From assembly GCA_034189135.1 (NCBI GenBank), contig JAXHVO010000128.1:16251-80250 (forward strand): a DNA stretch of 64,000 bases, written 5' to 3'. The DNA is from Thermodesulfobacteriota bacterium (GTDB lineage Bacteria > Desulfobacterota > Desulfobacteria > Desulfobacterales > JAUWMJ01). Below, one piece after another: positions 18,755 through 28,661 of the stretch. The stretch's first letter is position 1. Every line of letters starts with the position of its first letter. Position numbers and translations under genes: made by a program. The notes beneath the pieces are model-generated. The model had not been told where the DNA came from. It saw only the letters and a program-made list of their open reading frames with translations, and made no database searches.

Positions 18755-18834
18755 TTTCACCACAGAGACAACAGAGTTAGCAGAGATTTTATAGTATTTA
18801 TTTTCTCCGTGTTCTCAGTGATCTCTGTGGTTAA
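18755..18834. repeat. Imperfect hairpin of the CACCAC(A/G)GAGA family between convergent genes
   Basis: The sequence is tttcaccacagagacaacagagttagcagaga...tctccgtgttctcagtgatctctgtggttaa. The basal stem is ccacagaga/tctctgtgg. It is related to 1295-1330/1711-1748 and 54192-54272. Confidence 0.75.
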
Positions 18835-18840
18835 TAAAGT

Positions 18841-19692
18841 TTATCCGTATTCGTAAAACCCTCGTTTTGTCTTTCTGCCAAGCCAGCCTACTTCCACATA
18901 TTTCCTTAAAAGAGGGCAGGGGCGGTATTTTGAATCATTGAACCCATCGTAGAGAGTTTCCATAATAGCCAGGCAGGTATCGAGCCCTATGAGATCGGCA
19001 AGGGCAAGGGGACCCATGGGATGATTCATCCCCAGTTTCATTACCGTGTCAATATCTTCCCGTGTTCCCACATTGTGATACAAACAGAAAACAGCCTCGT
19101 TAATCATGGGCATGAGAATCCGGTTGGCGATAAAACCCGGATAGTCGTTTGCCACTGCCGGTGTTTTGCCGAATTTTGCCGCAAGATCCCAGGTCGTCTT
19201 GAACGTCTCTTCGGAGGTGGCTATTCCCCGTATGACTTCCACCAGTTTCATCACCGGTACGGGATTCATAAAATGCATTCCGATAATTTTTTCCGGACGT
19301 TTGGTCTGGGCAGAAATTCGTCCTATGGGAATGGAAGATGTATTGGTAGAAAGAATTACATCAGGTGCGCATATTTCATCCAGGTCTCTGAAAATCTGAA
19401 ACTTCAACGATTCGTTTTCGGTAGCGGCTTCCACCACAAAATCCGCCGATGACATATCCTTTAAATTCACACTTGTTTTAATCCGTCCTAAAACGGCATC
19501 TTTTTCTTCCTTAGTTATCTTTCCCTTGTCGACACTGCGGGACAGAATTTTTGTAATCGTCCCGATGCCGCGCTCGACAAATTCTTCCTTGATATCGTTC
19601 ATAATCACATCAAGACCACTCATAGCTGCTACCTGAGCGATTCCATTTCCCATCTGACCGGCGCCGATCACACCAAATGTTTTAATTTCCAT
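18841..19692 (-). CDS. hbd: 3-hydroxybutyryl-CoA (3-hydroxyacyl-CoA) dehydrogenase
   Basis: It has a Rossmann motif (VIGAGQMGNGIAQV) and conserved blocks (NTSSIPI, HFMNPVPVMKLVEV, GFIANRIL). Confidence 0.9.
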   Translation of the reverse strand: MEIKTFGVIGAGQMGNGIAQVAAMSGLDVIMNDIKEEFVERGIGTITKILSRSVDKGKITKEEKDAVLGRIKTSVNLKDMSSADFVVEAATENESLKFQIFRDLDEICAPDVILSTNTSSIPIGRISAQTKRPEKIIGMHFMNPVPVMKLVEVIRGIATSEETFKTTWDLAAKFGKTPAVANDYPGFIANRILMPMINEAVFCLYHNVGTREDIDTVMKLGMNHPMGPLALADLIGLDTCLAIMETLYDGFNDSKYRPCPLLRKYVEVGWLGRKTKRGFYEYG

Positions 19693-19707
19693 TTTCTTCT
19701 CCTTTAT

Positions 19708-19794
19708 TCGAGTTTCGTGTTACGAGTTTCGGGTTGCGCGTTACGGATTGGCTTCCAGAAATAAATAACTCGTAACCCGAAACGTACAATCCGC
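19708..19794. repeat. Low-complexity inverted repeats built from ACGAGTT / AACCCGAAAC units
   Basis: ttacgagtt (19720-19728) pairs with aactcgtaa (19768-19776), a perfect 9 bp. gtttcgggtt pairs with aacccgaaac, a perfect 10 bp in an alternative register. Confidence 0.7.
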
Positions 19795-19812
19795 TACATG
19801 TAATTTATAGTT

Positions 19813-20041
19813 GTAACCGTTCACGGTTCAACGTTCAAAGGTTCAGGGTTGCCTTTCCACTCATTCCGGCGCTATACGTCGACTGCCGGTGTGTAAGAAC
19901 CGGAAAAGATGCCCCTCTTTATGATCTCTGATGCGGTATCGGTCTCTCGTCGACGCTTAAGTGCCCGGTGTACGTTCCACAGCGAAGTATGGGAACGAGG
20001 GCAACCTCTGAACCCTGAACCTCTGAACCCGTGAACGGTTA
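19813..20041. repeat. MITE-like or structured element: 41-43-nt imperfect terminal inverted repeats of GGTTCA units around a 145-bp core
   Basis: The left arm is gtaaccgttcacggttcaacgttcaaaggttcagggttgcc (19813-19853). The right arm is ggcaacctctgaaccctgaacctctgaacccgtgaacggttac (19999-20041). The outermost 14 nt are perfectly complementary. The core contains cgtcgac...gtcgacg and ccgg...ccgg stems. Confidence 0.7.
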
Positions 20042-20042
20042 C

Positions 20043-21218
20043 TTATCGTTTAACAACCATTGCCACCGCCTCTCCTCCGCCGAGACACAGAGAGGCGAGA
20101 CCTGTTTTTTTATTCTGCTTTATCATTTCATAGAGCAGGGTGACAAGTACGCGGCAACCGCTTGCCCCGATTGGATGACCCAAAGCCACACTTCCGCCGT
20201 TGACATTTACAATGGCAGGATTGAGTCCAAGTTCCTTCAATACCGCTACGGTTGATCCACTGAATGCTTCGTTAACCTCGTAAAGATCAACATCGTCAAT
20301 TTTAAGCCCCTCTTTATTCAGGCATTTGGGTATCGCCCAGATAGGAGCCACCAACACGTATTTCATATCAAGGCCGAAGGACGCCTGGGCGCCAATGGTT
20401 GCCATGATCTCACAGCCCAGTTCTTCAGCCTTTTGTTTTGACATGACGACGACTGCTGCCGCACCGTCACTGATGATGGAGGCATTTCCTGCAGTACCGA
20501 GCCCATCTTTTTTAAATGCACCCTTCATTTTGGATAAAATTTCATAACTGGTCTCCTGGGGGCATTCATCCTGGCTAAAAACAACCGGATCACCTTTTCT
20601 TTGAGGAATTTCAACAGGGACAATTTCATCTTTAAATCGGCCTGAACTTATTGATTCCATGGCACGTTTATACGACTGGGCCGCATATCGATCCTGATCT
20701 TCACGGCTGACATTATATTTTTCCGAACAAAGCTCATTGGAAATACCCATATGAAAATCGTTGACAATATCCCAGAGCCCATCGTGGATCATGCTGTCTA
20801 CAAACTGGCCGTGGCCCATACGATACCCGAAACGACCCTTTTCCAGATAGTATGGCGCCATGCTCATGTTTTCCATGCCCCCGGCGACCACAACATCCGC
20901 GTCGCCAAGCTGAATAGCCTGGGCGGCAAGCATGACGGTTTTCAGGGAAGACCCGCACACTTTGTTAACGGTAATGCATTCTGCCTCCCATGGCATACCG
21001 GCTTTTACAGCCGCCTGCTTTGCAGGATTTTGACCGTAACTCAGGGGCAGCACCTGTCCCATCATGACTTCATCCACAATTTCCTTTTTTATCTTTGCAC
21101 GCCGGATGGCCTCTTTTATCACCAGAGCACCCAAGTCGGTCGCACCGATTTTGCCCAATGACCCGTTAAAACTGCCCAAAGGCGTTCTGACCGCACTGAC
21201 GATTACTGCGTCTTTCAT
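20043..21218 (-). CDS. Acetyl-CoA acetyltransferase (thiolase II)
   Basis: It has VNKVCGSSLK (acyl-Cys), NVNGGSVALGHPIGASGCR and CLGGGEAVAM, and a typical thiolase length. Confidence 0.9.
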   Translation of the reverse strand: MKDAVIVSAVRTPLGSFNGSLGKIGATDLGALVIKEAIRRAKIKKEIVDEVMMGQVLPLSYGQNPAKQAAVKAGMPWEAECITVNKVCGSSLKTVMLAAQAIQLGDADVVVAGGMENMSMAPYYLEKGRFGYRMGHGQFVDSMIHDGLWDIVNDFHMGISNELCSEKYNVSREDQDRYAAQSYKRAMESISSGRFKDEIVPVEIPQRKGDPVVFSQDECPQETSYEILSKMKGAFKKDGLGTAGNASIISDGAAAVVVMSKQKAEELGCEIMATIGAQASFGLDMKYVLVAPIWAIPKCLNKEGLKIDDVDLYEVNEAFSGSTVAVLKELGLNPAIVNVNGGSVALGHPIGASGCRVLVTLLYEMIKQNKKTGLASLCLGGGEAVAMVVKR

Positions 21219-21374
21219 AAATTACTCCTTATTATATAGTTTGTTTGTCGTTACCCCTCGTTAATACTTATAAACCACATTCAGATATCGATACTGTTCA
21301 GCCAGTTGTTTGTTGTCCGTAGTCCGTTGCAAAAACATATAACCCTAACAAAAGCCACAGACGACTGAAAAGTT

Positions 21375-24300
21375 TTACATATTTCTTCTATACTGCCCAC
21401 CGACATCATACAGTGCATTGGTAATTTGGCCCATACTGCAGCAGCGAACGGTATCCATTAGTTCAGCGAATATATTCTCACCTCTGAGCGCCACCTGTTG
21501 AAGTCGCTTCAGTGCTTCCGGTGCTTGTTTTTCATGGCGTTTTTGAAATTGTGCCAGGCGTTTTAACTGGGACTCCTTTTCCTCTTCCGTTGCCCGGGCC
21601 AGTTCGAGACAGGAGGGTCCTTCAACCAGGTCACCGGCCTCATCGGCATCCGGATCCCGGAATGTATTGACACCGATAATGGGGTATTTCCCTTCATGTT
21701 TCAGCATTTCGTAATAAATCGATTCCTCCTGAATCTTGCTGCGCTGATACCCGGTTTCCATGGCTCCGAGAACACCACCGCGTTCGGTGATCTTGTCAAA
21801 TTCCATCAGTACGGCTTCTTCAACCAGATCGGTCAGCTCTTCAACAATAAAACTTCCCTGCAGCGTATTCTCATTTTTAGCCAGGCCCCACTCTCTGTTG
21901 ATAATCATTTGTATCGCCAGAGCGCGTCTCACTGATTCGCTGCTGGGTGTGGTAATGGCTTCGTCAAAGGCATTGGTGTGCAGGCTCTGGCAGTTGTCAT
22001 ATATGGCACACAGCGCCTGCAGAGTGGTGCGTATATCGTTGAATTGAATATCCTGGCTATGCAGGGAGCGGCCTGAGGTCTGAATATGATACTTGAGCAT
22101 CTGGCTGCGGGTGGAGGCTCCATATTTATCCCGCATGGCAACGGCCCAGATACGTCGGGCGACTCGCCCGATGACGGTATATTCCGGGTCCATGCCGTTG
22201 GAAAAGAAAAAAGAAAGATTGGGACAGAAACTGTCAAGGGGCATACCACGAGACAGGTAGTATTCCACATAGGTAAAACCGTTGGCCAGTGTAAAGGCAA
22301 GCTGGGAGATGGGGTTGGCACCGGCTTCTGCAATATGATAGCCTGATATGGAAACGGAGTAGAAGTTGCGGACTTTTTTATCTATAAAAAAGTCCTGAAT
22401 ATCTCCCATCATTTTAAGCGCAAAGTCAATGGAGAAAATGCAGGTGTTTTGGCCCTGATCCTCCTTTAGAATATCTGCCTGGATGGTACCGCGAACATTG
22501 GACAAGACCTCGTCACGAATCTTATCGTAAGTTTTTTTAGACGGCTTTTTCCCTTTCTCTTCGATATACTGGTCTACCTGCTGATCAATGGCTGTGTTTA
22601 GAAACATGGCCAGCATAATAGGGGCGGGTCCATTAATTGTCATGGAAACTGATGTATTGGGGGCGCACAGATCAAATCCGCTGTAAAGCACTTTAACATC
22701 ATCCAGTGTGCAAATGCTTACCCCGGAGTTGCCTATTTTACCATAGATATCCGGGCGTCTTTCAGGATCATATCCATAGAGGGTTACCGAATCAAAAGCG
22801 GTAGACAATCTTTTGGCTTCATAATCGGCAGATAACATTTTGAAACGACGGTTTGTTTTGATCGGATCGCCTTCTCCGGCAAACATGCGGGTGGGATCCT
22901 CCCCCACCCGTTTCAAAGGAAACACACCGGATGTGTAAGGAAAGTATCCGGGTAGATTCTCTCTTCTCATCCACCGGTAGATTTCTCCCGGATCTTTAAA
23001 CGAAGGAAGGGAAACCTTACGAATCTTTTGATGGGACAGTGACTCCGAGTATAGAGGAAGCCGGATTTCCCGTCCACGAACTTCATATACCAGTTCATCT
23101 TCATTGTACTTTTGTTTCAGGTCTTTCCATTGTTCAATCAAAAATGTGGTTTCTATATCCAGATTTTTTTCCGCTTGGTTTATTTCTTCTTTAAGTCGTA
23201 AAATAAGTGCTTTATCATCACCCTCAAGGGTTTCAACAGTCTCTTTTAAATGCCAGACCTGTCGAAGCGCATCGGCCTGTCTTTCCGTTTGTTTATGGTA
23301 GGATCTTACCGTATCGGATATTTCGGCAAGATAACGGGTACGTTCCGGAGGAATAATGATGGTTTTTGAACCGGATACTTTTTTTTCCGGTCTGGGCAGG
23401 GTAGACTCGAATCGGATCCCGGTTTTTTCCGCAATGGTATCCAAAACGGCATGATAAAAAGCGGTTACTCCGTCATCGTTAAATTTGGAGGCGATGGTTC
23501 CGAATACCGACATTTCCTCCGGTTGTTTGGCAAAATCGTTTAAGTTACGCTGCACCTGTTTACGCACATCCCGTACCGCATCCTCACCGCCCCTTTTTTC
23601 ATACTTATTGACCGCGATAATATCGGCAAAATCGAGCATGTCAATTTTTTCCAATTGTGAAGCGGCTCCAAACTCACTGGTCATCACATAAATAGAGAGA
23701 TCCACCAGGTCGATAATGTGAGAATCTCCCTGCCCGATTCCAGCTGTTTCAGCAATAACCAGGTCGTAGCCTGCCGCCTGGACGACTTTAATTGCATCAG
23801 GAAGGGCGTCGGGGATTTCGATATGAGAACGCCGGGTGGCAAGGCTTCGCATGTAAACTCTTGGGTTTCCAATGGCATTCATCCTGATTCTGTCACCCAG
23901 TAATGCTCCGCCTGTCTTACGCCTGGAAGGGTCGCTGCTTATTATCGCCAGATGAAGGTCTTTTTGATCATGAAGAATTCGCTGAATAAACTCGTCGGTT
24001 AAAGAAGATTTGCCGGAGCCGCCGGTACCGGTGATACCAATGACAGGGACTTTTCGATTGGCGATCATTTTTTCCAGTTCTGCCCGAAGATTTTTCAGCT
24101 GGTCGTTGTTTTTTATTTTTGTATTTTCCAACGAGGTGATTATATTGGCCATTAACAGTTTATTGTCCGGTGTCAGTTTGTCCAGATCAAAGCCATCCTC
24201 TTTGGCCCTGGGGAAATCCATCCACTCTACCATGTGGTTAATGATTCCCTGAAGTCCCCATTTAGCTCCATCTTCCGGGGAATAAATCTTGGAAACACCA

Positions 24301-24650
24301 TAGTCTTCGAGCTCCTTTATTTCCTCGGGAACAATCACCCCACCTCCACCACCGAACACCTTGATATGAGGAGCTTTTCTTTCTTTGAGAAGATCGACGA
24401 TATATTTAAAAAATTCCATATGGCCGCCCTGATAACTGGATACGGCTAAACCCTGGGCATCTTCCTCAACCGCGGCATCCACAATCTCCTGGACGGATCG
24501 GTTATGCCCCAGATGGATGACCTCTGTTCCGGTTGACTGCAAAATCCTGCGAAAAATATTGATGGATGCATCATGACCATCAAAAAGTGACGTTGCCGTG
24601 ATCACCCTTACATGATGTCTGGGTTTGTATATTTCAGTTTCAGGACTCAT
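21375..24650 (-). CDS. icmF: Fused isobutyryl-CoA mutase (B12-binding domain + MeaB-like GTPase + mutase catalytic domain)
   Basis: The 1091-aa protein has an N-terminal B12-binding region ([17 protein letters not shown]...), a central P-loop GTPase ([35 protein letters not shown]) and a C-terminal methylmalonyl-CoA-mutase-like barrel. The domain order and length match IcmF. Confidence 0.9.
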   Translation of the reverse strand: MSPETEIYKPRHHVRVITATSLFDGHDASINIFRRILQSTGTEVIHLGHNRSVQEIVDAAVEEDAQGLAVSSYQGGHMEFFKYIVDLLKERKAPHIKVFGGGGGVIVPEEIKELEDYGVSKIYSPEDGAKWGLQGIINHMVEWMDFPRAKEDGFDLDKLTPDNKLLMANIITSLENTKIKNNDQLKNLRAELEKMIANRKVPVIGITGTGGSGKSSLTDEFIQRILHDQKDLHLAIISSDPSRRKTGGALLGDRIRMNAIGNPRVYMRSLATRRSHIEIPDALPDAIKVVQAAGYDLVIAETAGIGQGDSHIIDLVDLSIYVMTSEFGAASQLEKIDMLDFADIIAVNKYEKRGGEDAVRDVRKQVQRNLNDFAKQPEEMSVFGTIASKFNDDGVTAFYHAVLDTIAEKTGIRFESTLPRPEKKVSGSKTIIIPPERTRYLAEISDTVRSYHKQTERQADALRQVWHLKETVETLEGDDKALILRLKEEINQAEKNLDIETTFLIEQWKDLKQKYNEDELVYEVRGREIRLPLYSESLSHQKIRKVSLPSFKDPGEIYRWMRRENLPGYFPYTSGVFPLKRVGEDPTRMFAGEGDPIKTNRRFKMLSADYEAKRLSTAFDSVTLYGYDPERRPDIYGKIGNSGVSICTLDDVKVLYSGFDLCAPNTSVSMTINGPAPIMLAMFLNTAIDQQVDQYIEEKGKKPSKKTYDKIRDEVLSNVRGTIQADILKEDQGQNTCIFSIDFALKMMGDIQDFFIDKKVRNFYSVSISGYHIAEAGANPISQLAFTLANGFTYVEYYLSRGMPLDSFCPNLSFFFSNGMDPEYTVIGRVARRIWAVAMRDKYGASTRSQMLKYHIQTSGRSLHSQDIQFNDIRTTLQALCAIYDNCQSLHTNAFDEAITTPSSESVRRALAIQMIINREWGLAKNENTLQGSFIVEELTDLVEEAVLMEFDKITERGGVLGAMETGYQRSKIQEESIYYEMLKHEGKYPIIGVNTFRDPDADEAGDLVEGPSCLELARATEEEKESQLKRLAQFQKRHEKQAPEALKRLQQVALRGENIFAELMDTVRCCSMGQITNALYDVGGQYRRNM

Positions 24651-24712
24651 GACCTCTCCTTATGGTTAAATGCAATATTTATTGTTTCTTGGGCCAAAAG
24701 CTTTATTTTGAT

Positions 24713-25348
24713 TTAGGTTAAAGCGCCAATGACAAAATCAGTCTGATATTTGATATAATCTTCAATACTGTAATGGCGGGAAAGGAACCAGCGTCGGAAT
24801 GTCCACATATGGCCTAAAACAGTAATATTATGCGCTGCCAGCTCAATGGAGCGTTCATTCAGATGGGGAAAATCTCCGGATGATACAATGTCGGCCAGGA
24901 CTTTAACTATAAGTCCGGTAATTCGAAGTTCGTTTTCCAGGACCCTTTTCTTCCATTGCGCAGGTAAAGACTGTGTTTCCTGATACACAAGGAGAATAAA
25001 ATCACTCATACGATGACATACCAGAAAATATTCCCGTATCACTTCCGCCACAAGTGCTTTTCCGCCGGATACTCGGTTTAATGCCTGGGAAACCCCCTGT
25101 TCCACTTCAGCATGAATGGACTCGCAAACCAGGTATAGGACATCCTCTTTTGAGGCCACATACTCATACAGTGACCCTATTGAAAAACCGGCGGCTTGGG
25201 CAATCTGGCGGGTGGTTGTTTTATGAAAGCCTTTTTCAATAAAAAGTCTTGCGGCGGCACCAACGATTTGTTGTCGTCTCCGTTCAACAAGGTCAGGGTT
25301 TTTTATTTGAGTGGCAACGTCTTTTGTTCCGGCAGATTGCTGAATCAT
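24713..25348 (-). CDS. TetR family transcriptional regulator
   Basis: It has an HTH (RRRQQIVGAAARLFIEKGFHKTTTRQIAQAAGFSIGSLYEYVASKEDVL) and lies directly upstream of icmF on the same strand. Confidence 0.8.
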   Translation of the reverse strand: MIQQSAGTKDVATQIKNPDLVERRRQQIVGAAARLFIEKGFHKTTTRQIAQAAGFSIGSLYEYVASKEDVLYLVCESIHAEVEQGVSQALNRVSGGKALVAEVIREYFLVCHRMSDFILLVYQETQSLPAQWKKRVLENELRITGLIVKVLADIVSSGDFPHLNERSIELAAHNITVLGHMWTFRRWFLSRHYSIEDYIKYQTDFVIGALT

Positions 25349-25395
25349 AAGCTATTACTCTATCATGCGGGTAAGAAAACAAACCAATTTTTGAG

Positions 25396-25435
25396 CGAGC
25401 GCTCGGTCGGTTACGTAACACAAAATTGATTTTGT
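25396..25435. promoter_or_regulatory. Candidate TetR operator palindromes upstream of the TetR-icmF operon
   Basis: There is a perfect 10-bp palindrome cgagcgctcg (25396-25405) and a 7-bp inverted repeat with a 2-bp spacer, acaaaat-tg-attttgt (25420-25435). They sit 50-90 bp upstream of the TetR start. Confidence 0.25.
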
Positions 25436-25521
25436 TGTCAAGTTTTTCTATGAATTTTCTAACGGAAACGTATTTGTCACCATAAGATAAGCACTAAGAT
25501 AAATCAGGTTAAAAAGAGGGG

Positions 25522-26988
25522 TTACCCGTTCAGGGCTTTTTTAGCAATCTGTGCCTCAGGAGTGTCGGGATATTTAGAGCCGATTAACACAAGCACCTTT
25601 CTCCAGTGATCGTGCATTCCTTTTTGCCGATAACCGTTGGCAAGTTTTAAAAGTGCCATAGATATACCCGGCAAGATAGATTTTTTTTTCAAAAGGATGG
25701 CGAGTATTCTTTTTGCATTTTCAAAGTGCCCGGTATCAATACAGATTATGCTTATGCTCAGATAAAGCTGAGGAGACAGTTTGGGTCGGTTGGAGAGGCT
25801 GATATATTCTTGGAAAATATTGTATGCTGTTTTGGGTGACTCGTTGTTTTGAATGAGAAGGGAAAGCAGCTTCTTTGCCGTTTCATGGAACCTGAGGCTT
25901 TCAGGGGTATGTTTTTCCACGTTATACAGATGGGTCAGCGCGGTTAAGTTGCCCGGTTCTTTTTCAAGAACTTGATTCAGCAACTTGCGACCCTGTTTCA
26001 TGTCCAGCTCACTGATGCTTTGCAGCGCTTTTTCTATCAGAGGAGTAATTTCATCTTTGGGGTCTTCCCTAAAGATATTTTCATCCAGAATTAAAGGAAA
26101 TTTCAGGCTGATGAATCCCAGGATGGCTCCTCCCATAAGTCCGCCGATATGTGCCACATAAGCCACCTGGCTGATTCCACCGAAGAAGAGTTGATATAGC
26201 TCGTTGCCTATCCAGATGGGCAACAAAATGATCGCAGGTACTTTCACATAGTTAAAATAAAATCCCAGCGAATAAAAAATGTTTACCTTTTTTTTGCCGA
26301 ACAGCACGGTAAAAGTTCCCATAAGGCCTGCTATAGCACCGGAGGCGCCAACCAGAGGGACGGTACTTTGCATATAAACCAGCCAGAACACTCCCACCGA
26401 AAGAAGACCTCCCAAAAGGTATATGCCGGTATATAAAATCCTTCCGCATCCCAGTTCAAGAACACAACCGACAATCCACAAAAATATCATGTTGCCGAGA
26501 AGATGACCAAAACCTCCGTGGAGAAACATGTAAGTAAAAGAGGTGGTTAATGATTTATAAGCCGGCCTGAAACCATAGCCAATAAATACAACCTTGGAAA
26601 GTTTTTCTTCATAGATGCTTCTTAACCTCTTCCATTTTGCATACACGGGATCTTCGCCGGTAATGATTTTATCGTTGCGGAGTCTTTTTAGAAAGTCGAA
26701 ATCTTTGTCCATTTCAATATGATAGCGGACAAGGGTTTCTTCATCCAGCTCCTGGTGCTGATGAAGATCGGGATTATTTTTTACTTTTTGTTTGGCGTAC
26801 TCAATATATCGTTGTACTTCAATTTTAGCCAATTCAGATTCGAAGTAATACTCATTGGCCTCATGAAATATTTCTTTATCGGAGGATTGAAAATAAAAGA
26901 AAACCAGGCAATTTAATAATATAATACAAATAGTGACAGCGGGAGGATTCCGCCAGCTTATTTTTCCTGTCAAAGGTATGATTAACAT
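25522..26988 (-). CDS. Rhomboid family intramembrane serine protease with C-terminal TPR-like region
   Basis: It has HGGFGHLLGNMIFLW, GASGAIAGLMG (catalytic Ser) and AHIGGLMGG (His). The C-terminal roughly 170 aa are helical-repeat-like. Confidence 0.8.
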   Translation of the reverse strand: MLIIPLTGKISWRNPPAVTICIILLNCLVFFYFQSSDKEIFHEANEYYFESELAKIEVQRYIEYAKQKVKNNPDLHQHQELDEETLVRYHIEMDKDFDFLKRLRNDKIITGEDPVYAKWKRLRSIYEEKLSKVVFIGYGFRPAYKSLTTSFTYMFLHGGFGHLLGNMIFLWIVGCVLELGCGRILYTGIYLLGGLLSVGVFWLVYMQSTVPLVGASGAIAGLMGTFTVLFGKKKVNIFYSLGFYFNYVKVPAIILLPIWIGNELYQLFFGGISQVAYVAHIGGLMGGAILGFISLKFPLILDENIFREDPKDEITPLIEKALQSISELDMKQGRKLLNQVLEKEPGNLTALTHLYNVEKHTPESLRFHETAKKLLSLLIQNNESPKTAYNIFQEYISLSNRPKLSPQLYLSISIICIDTGHFENAKRILAILLKKKSILPGISMALLKLANGYRQKGMHDHWRKVLVLIGSKYPDTPEAQIAKKALNG

Positions 26989-27143
26989 GCAAAGTCTCTT
27001 TTTTACATTTTATAGCATTTAAATGCGACATCTGTAACCAGTGTATCCAAATCTGGCAACCGGTCGGCGATTGAGTGAACCCTGAAGAAAAAAAGTAAAA
27101 AGAAGGATTTAATTGAAAAAGATGAATTAATTGGATATAATCA

Positions 27144-27605
27144 CTAACTGATATTCGGCATAATGGTCCATTTGATCACCCATGAACGGGTGTCGGGATC
27201 TTTGTCCAGACATACAACCCCACTGTTTTGGAACTTAAATACAGTCTTTTCCATAGAACCGGTTATCAGGTAGGCGGTCAGTCTTTCCATAAACGGAAGA
27301 TGGCCGATAAGCATGACGTTATCTTTGCTTTCTATGTTGTCGGCGATAACGACCACATCGTCAAGGGGCTTTAACCCGATTTTTTCATGAATACCGCCAG
27401 GAGGTTGAAGGGCTGAAGCAAAAATTTCAGCGGTCTGCCGGGCTCTTGTTTTGGTGCTGTAATTTATTTGCGTCACATGAATGGAGTAATCTTTTGAAAC
27501 AGCTGCAATCCGTTTGGATTCACTTATTCCTTGTTTTGAAAGACCTTGACCAGGATCCACATCCTTAGAAAGGCTCTTTCCGTGTTGTACCAGAAAAAGT
27601 GCCAT
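27144..27605 (-). CDS. SixA-like histidine phosphatase family protein (QHG variant)
   Basis: MALFLVQHGKS corresponds to the RHG motif position, STKTRARQTAE to the SPxxRAxQT block, and LIGHLPFM to the second His. Its length of 153 aa is SixA-like. Confidence 0.6.
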   Translation of the reverse strand: MALFLVQHGKSLSKDVDPGQGLSKQGISESKRIAAVSKDYSIHVTQINYSTKTRARQTAEIFASALQPPGGIHEKIGLKPLDDVVVIADNIESKDNVMLIGHLPFMERLTAYLITGSMEKTVFKFQNSGVVCLDKDPDTRSWVIKWTIMPNIS

Positions 27606-27759
27606 TATCTTTATACTCCTTGAATATTGAACGTGTTCAGTGTATAAAATCGATAACGAATTGGATTAGAATTATACGATAATAATGTAAAAATATCAAC
27701 ATTTATCTTGCCTGTTGGGCACTGGAAATTTCTTAAGAATTGATTCGGAGTTAAACCAT

Positions 27760-28656
27760 ATGAGAATTGTAACGCGACCTGATTTTGACGGCGTTGTCTG
27801 TGCGGCACTTCTGTATGAGGCAGAAAAAATTAATGAACCGGTGAAGTGGGTTGAACCCGGTGATATGCAGAAAGGTATGATTGAAATCAGACCGGGTGAT
27901 ATTATTGCAAACCTGCCTTATCACGAAAAATGCTCATTATGGTTTGATCATCATTATACCAATACAATCAGTAAATTATTTAACGGAGCATTTAAGATAG
28001 CCCCGTCAGCAGCAGGTATCATCTATGAATATTACCGAGATAAATTTACCCAGGATTATAGCGAACTTATTAAACAGACTGATAAAATCGATTCGGCGGA
28101 CTTATCTTTAGATGAGGTTCGGCATCCTGAAAATTACCCCTATTTACTGTTATCCATGACGATTTCAGGGCGAATTGAAACCGAGGAGGCTTACTGGAAC
28201 AGAGTGGTTCATTTGCTAAGAAGGTTTGAAATTGGGGCGATTATTAACGATCAAGAAGTCAGTGAGCGTTTCAATTTAGTTAAAAGTAATAACAAAAAAT
28301 ATAAAGCGCTGTTGAAAAAACACACCAAGATAAAGAACCATGTGTCGATTACTGATTTTCGTTCCTTAGACGAAACACCGGAGGGAAATCGTTTCCTGGC
28401 TTATTCGCTATTTCCCCAATCATCGGTAAATGTTAAAATTCGCTATGATGATAAAGAGAGGCAGATGATTGCGATAAGTGTCGGACACAGCATTTTCAAT
28501 AAAAACTGCCATGTAAATGTCGGTCTTTTACTTTCCAGTTTTGAAGGCGGCGGGCATCAAGGCGCTGCTGCCTGCCGTTTTCATGTCAGCAAGGCGGATG
28601 ATTATGTTGGGAAAATAATAGAAGTATTAGTAAAAAATGAGCCGATTGAAGATTGA
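27760..28656 (+). CDS. DHH family phosphoesterase
   Basis: It has RPDFDGVVCA (DxD), LWFDHHYTN (DHH) and EGGGHQGAAA (GGGH). The start is set at ATG 27760 (MRIVTRPDFDG). Confidence 0.65.
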   Translation: MRIVTRPDFDGVVCAALLYEAEKINEPVKWVEPGDMQKGMIEIRPGDIIANLPYHEKCSLWFDHHYTNTISKLFNGAFKIAPSAAGIIYEYYRDKFTQDYSELIKQTDKIDSADLSLDEVRHPENYPYLLLSMTISGRIETEEAYWNRVVHLLRRFEIGAIINDQEVSERFNLVKSNNKKYKALLKKHTKIKNHVSITDFRSLDETPEGNRFLAYSLFPQSSVNVKIRYDDKERQMIAISVGHSIFNKNCHVNVGLLLSSFEGGGHQGAAACRFHVSKADDYVGKIIEVLVKNEPIED

Positions 28657-28661
28657 TGGCG

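Noticed and set aside
19854-19998. The core of the thiolase-hbd element, considered as a known riboswitch or a group II intron domain V remnant.
   Set aside because: I could not match it to any consensus I know (no domain-V-like AGC...GAAA...stem, no riboswitch core motifs). It is kept only as an unclassified structured element.
25522-26988. The rhomboid protease as a rhombosortase partner for the Gly-rich C-terminal tail of the giant protease.
   Set aside because: The tail lacks the TM helix and basic cluster of GlyGly-CTERM signals. This rhomboid is a large TPR-fused type rather than the short rhombosortase type, and it lies 33 kb away.
27716-27735. A sigma-54-like element (TTGGGCACTGGAAATTTCTT) upstream of the DHH gene. 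A similar TGGCAAAATAAATTC lies near 42150 upstream of cvpA.
   Set aside because: The -12 element is TTTC or ATTC instead of TTGC, and the -24 element has an extra G or lacks the C. No enhancer-binding-protein context is present.
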